Assembly: GCA_030141605.1 (NCBI GenBank)
Contig: JAQGDQ010001313.1
Coordinates: forward strand, 1 to 48,080
Reading direction: 5' to 3'
DNA: 48,080 bases
From: Tubiluchus corallicola
Taxonomy: Eukaryota > Animalia > Priapulida
In this document: positions 46,983 through 48,080 of the stretch, piece after piece
Layout of the letters: every line of letters starts with the position of its first letter
Numbering within the stretch: position 1 is the first letter of the stretch
Notes under the pieces: model-generated
What the model was told of the DNA's origin: nothing
Database searches by the model: none
The model's input: the letters and a program-made list of their open reading frames with translations, nothing else
Position numbers and translations under genes: made by a program

Positions 46983-48080
46983 CCAAAAACATTTTGATTT
47001 CTTAAAGCTACGTAACTGTACTTGTAAAAGACATGCTGTGGTGATAAAAACATCTAGATTTCTTAAAGCTACCTAACTGTACTTGTAAAAGACATGTTGT
47101 GGTGATAAAAACATCTAGATTTCTTAAAGCTACGTAACTGTACTTGTAAAAGACATGCTCTAGTGATAAAAACATCTAGATTTCTTAAAGTACGAACCGC
47201 ACTTAAAAAAGACGCCCTAGGATAAAAACATTTTGATTTCTTAAAGCTACGTAACTGTACTTGTGCATTATCTCAGTGATAAAAACATTTTGATTCTAAG
47301 CTACGCAACAAAATAAAAGACGCGCTCTGGTGATAAAAACATTTTGATTTAAAGCTAGTAACTGTACTTGTAAAAGACATGTCAGGATAAAAAACATTTT
47401 GATTTCTTAAAGCTGCAACTGCACTTGTAAAAACGCGCCTAGTGATAAAAATTTTGATTTAAAGCCGCACAGTAATTTTGGTAAAAGACGCGTCCTAGTG
47501 ATAAAAATTGATTTAAAGCTACGCAAACGTACTTGGTAAAGACGCGCTCTGGTGATAAAAACATTTTGATTTCTGTGCTACGTAACTGTACTTGTAAAAA
47601 ACGCGCTCTAGTGATAAAAACATTTTGATTTCTTAAAGTTACGTAACTGTACTTGTAAAAGACGCGCTCTAGTGATAAAAACATCTTGATTTCTTAAAGC
47701 TACGTAACTGTACTTGTAAAAGGCATGCTCTGGTGATAAAAACATCTTGATTTCTTAAAGCTAGGTAACTGTACTTGTAAAAGACATGCTCTGGTGATAA
47801 AAACATTTTGATTTCTTAAAGCTAGGTAACTGTACTTGTAAAAGACATGCTCTGGTGATAAAAACATTTTGATTTCTTAAAGCTAGGTAACTGTACTTGT
47901 AAAAGACACGCTCTGGTGATAAAAACATCTAGATTTCTTAAAGCTAGGTAACTGTACTTGTAAAAGACATGCTCTGGTGATAAAAACATTTTGATTTCTT
48001 AAAGCTAGGTAACTGTACTTGTAAAAGACATGCTCTGGTGATAAAAACATTTTGATTTCTTAAAGCTAGGTAACTGTACT
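46983..48080. repeat. 61-bp tandem satellite, at least 18 copies, running off the window end
   Basis: Unit AAAAACATTTTGATTTCTTAAAGCTAGGTAACTGTACTTGTAAAAGACATGCTCTGGTGAT; register shifts by 1 per 60-nt line. Confidence 0.97.

Noticed and set aside
46983-48080. CRISPR-like appearance of regular repeats (also 16086-16330 and 17320-17775)
   Set aside because: Head-to-tail units with no unique spacers, no cas genes, eukaryotic context.

Overview
AT-rich, intron-containing animal genomic DNA (an invertebrate bilaterian, probably a non-insect arthropod; this assignment is inferred). It holds four protein-coding loci: the last eight coding exons of gephyrin/cinnamon (MoeA-like E domain, +, 728-13909, all GT-AG junctions phase-consistent), a single-exon TRAPPC5 CDS (-), a 528-aa poly-C2H2 zinc-finger gene with a recent 198-bp internal duplication (-), and the first coding exon of an NK2.1/scarecrow homeobox gene (+; no homeobox exon seen in the window). 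The rest is packed with non-autonomous mobile elements: TTAA-bounded Kolobok-like, hAT, pogo/Tigger, Harbinger, CACTA-like and Helitron-like elements, two solo LTRs, a 5S-rRNA-headed SINE, an RTE LINE relic, minisatellites and long microsatellites. The most notable unannotated signals are (i) Penelope-type minimal hammerhead-ribozyme cassettes (a fold-back pair at 23.9 kb and a TATA-hammerhead-AATAAA unit attached to a 61-bp satellite at 46.8-48.1 kb), (ii) ten CAGGTR sites in about 260 bp of the NK2.1 intron, (iii) a heat-shock-element-bearing solo LTR pointing at TRAPPC5, and (iv) a three-tier nested insertion containing the 5S-derived SINE. All calls are by eye; no database searches were run.
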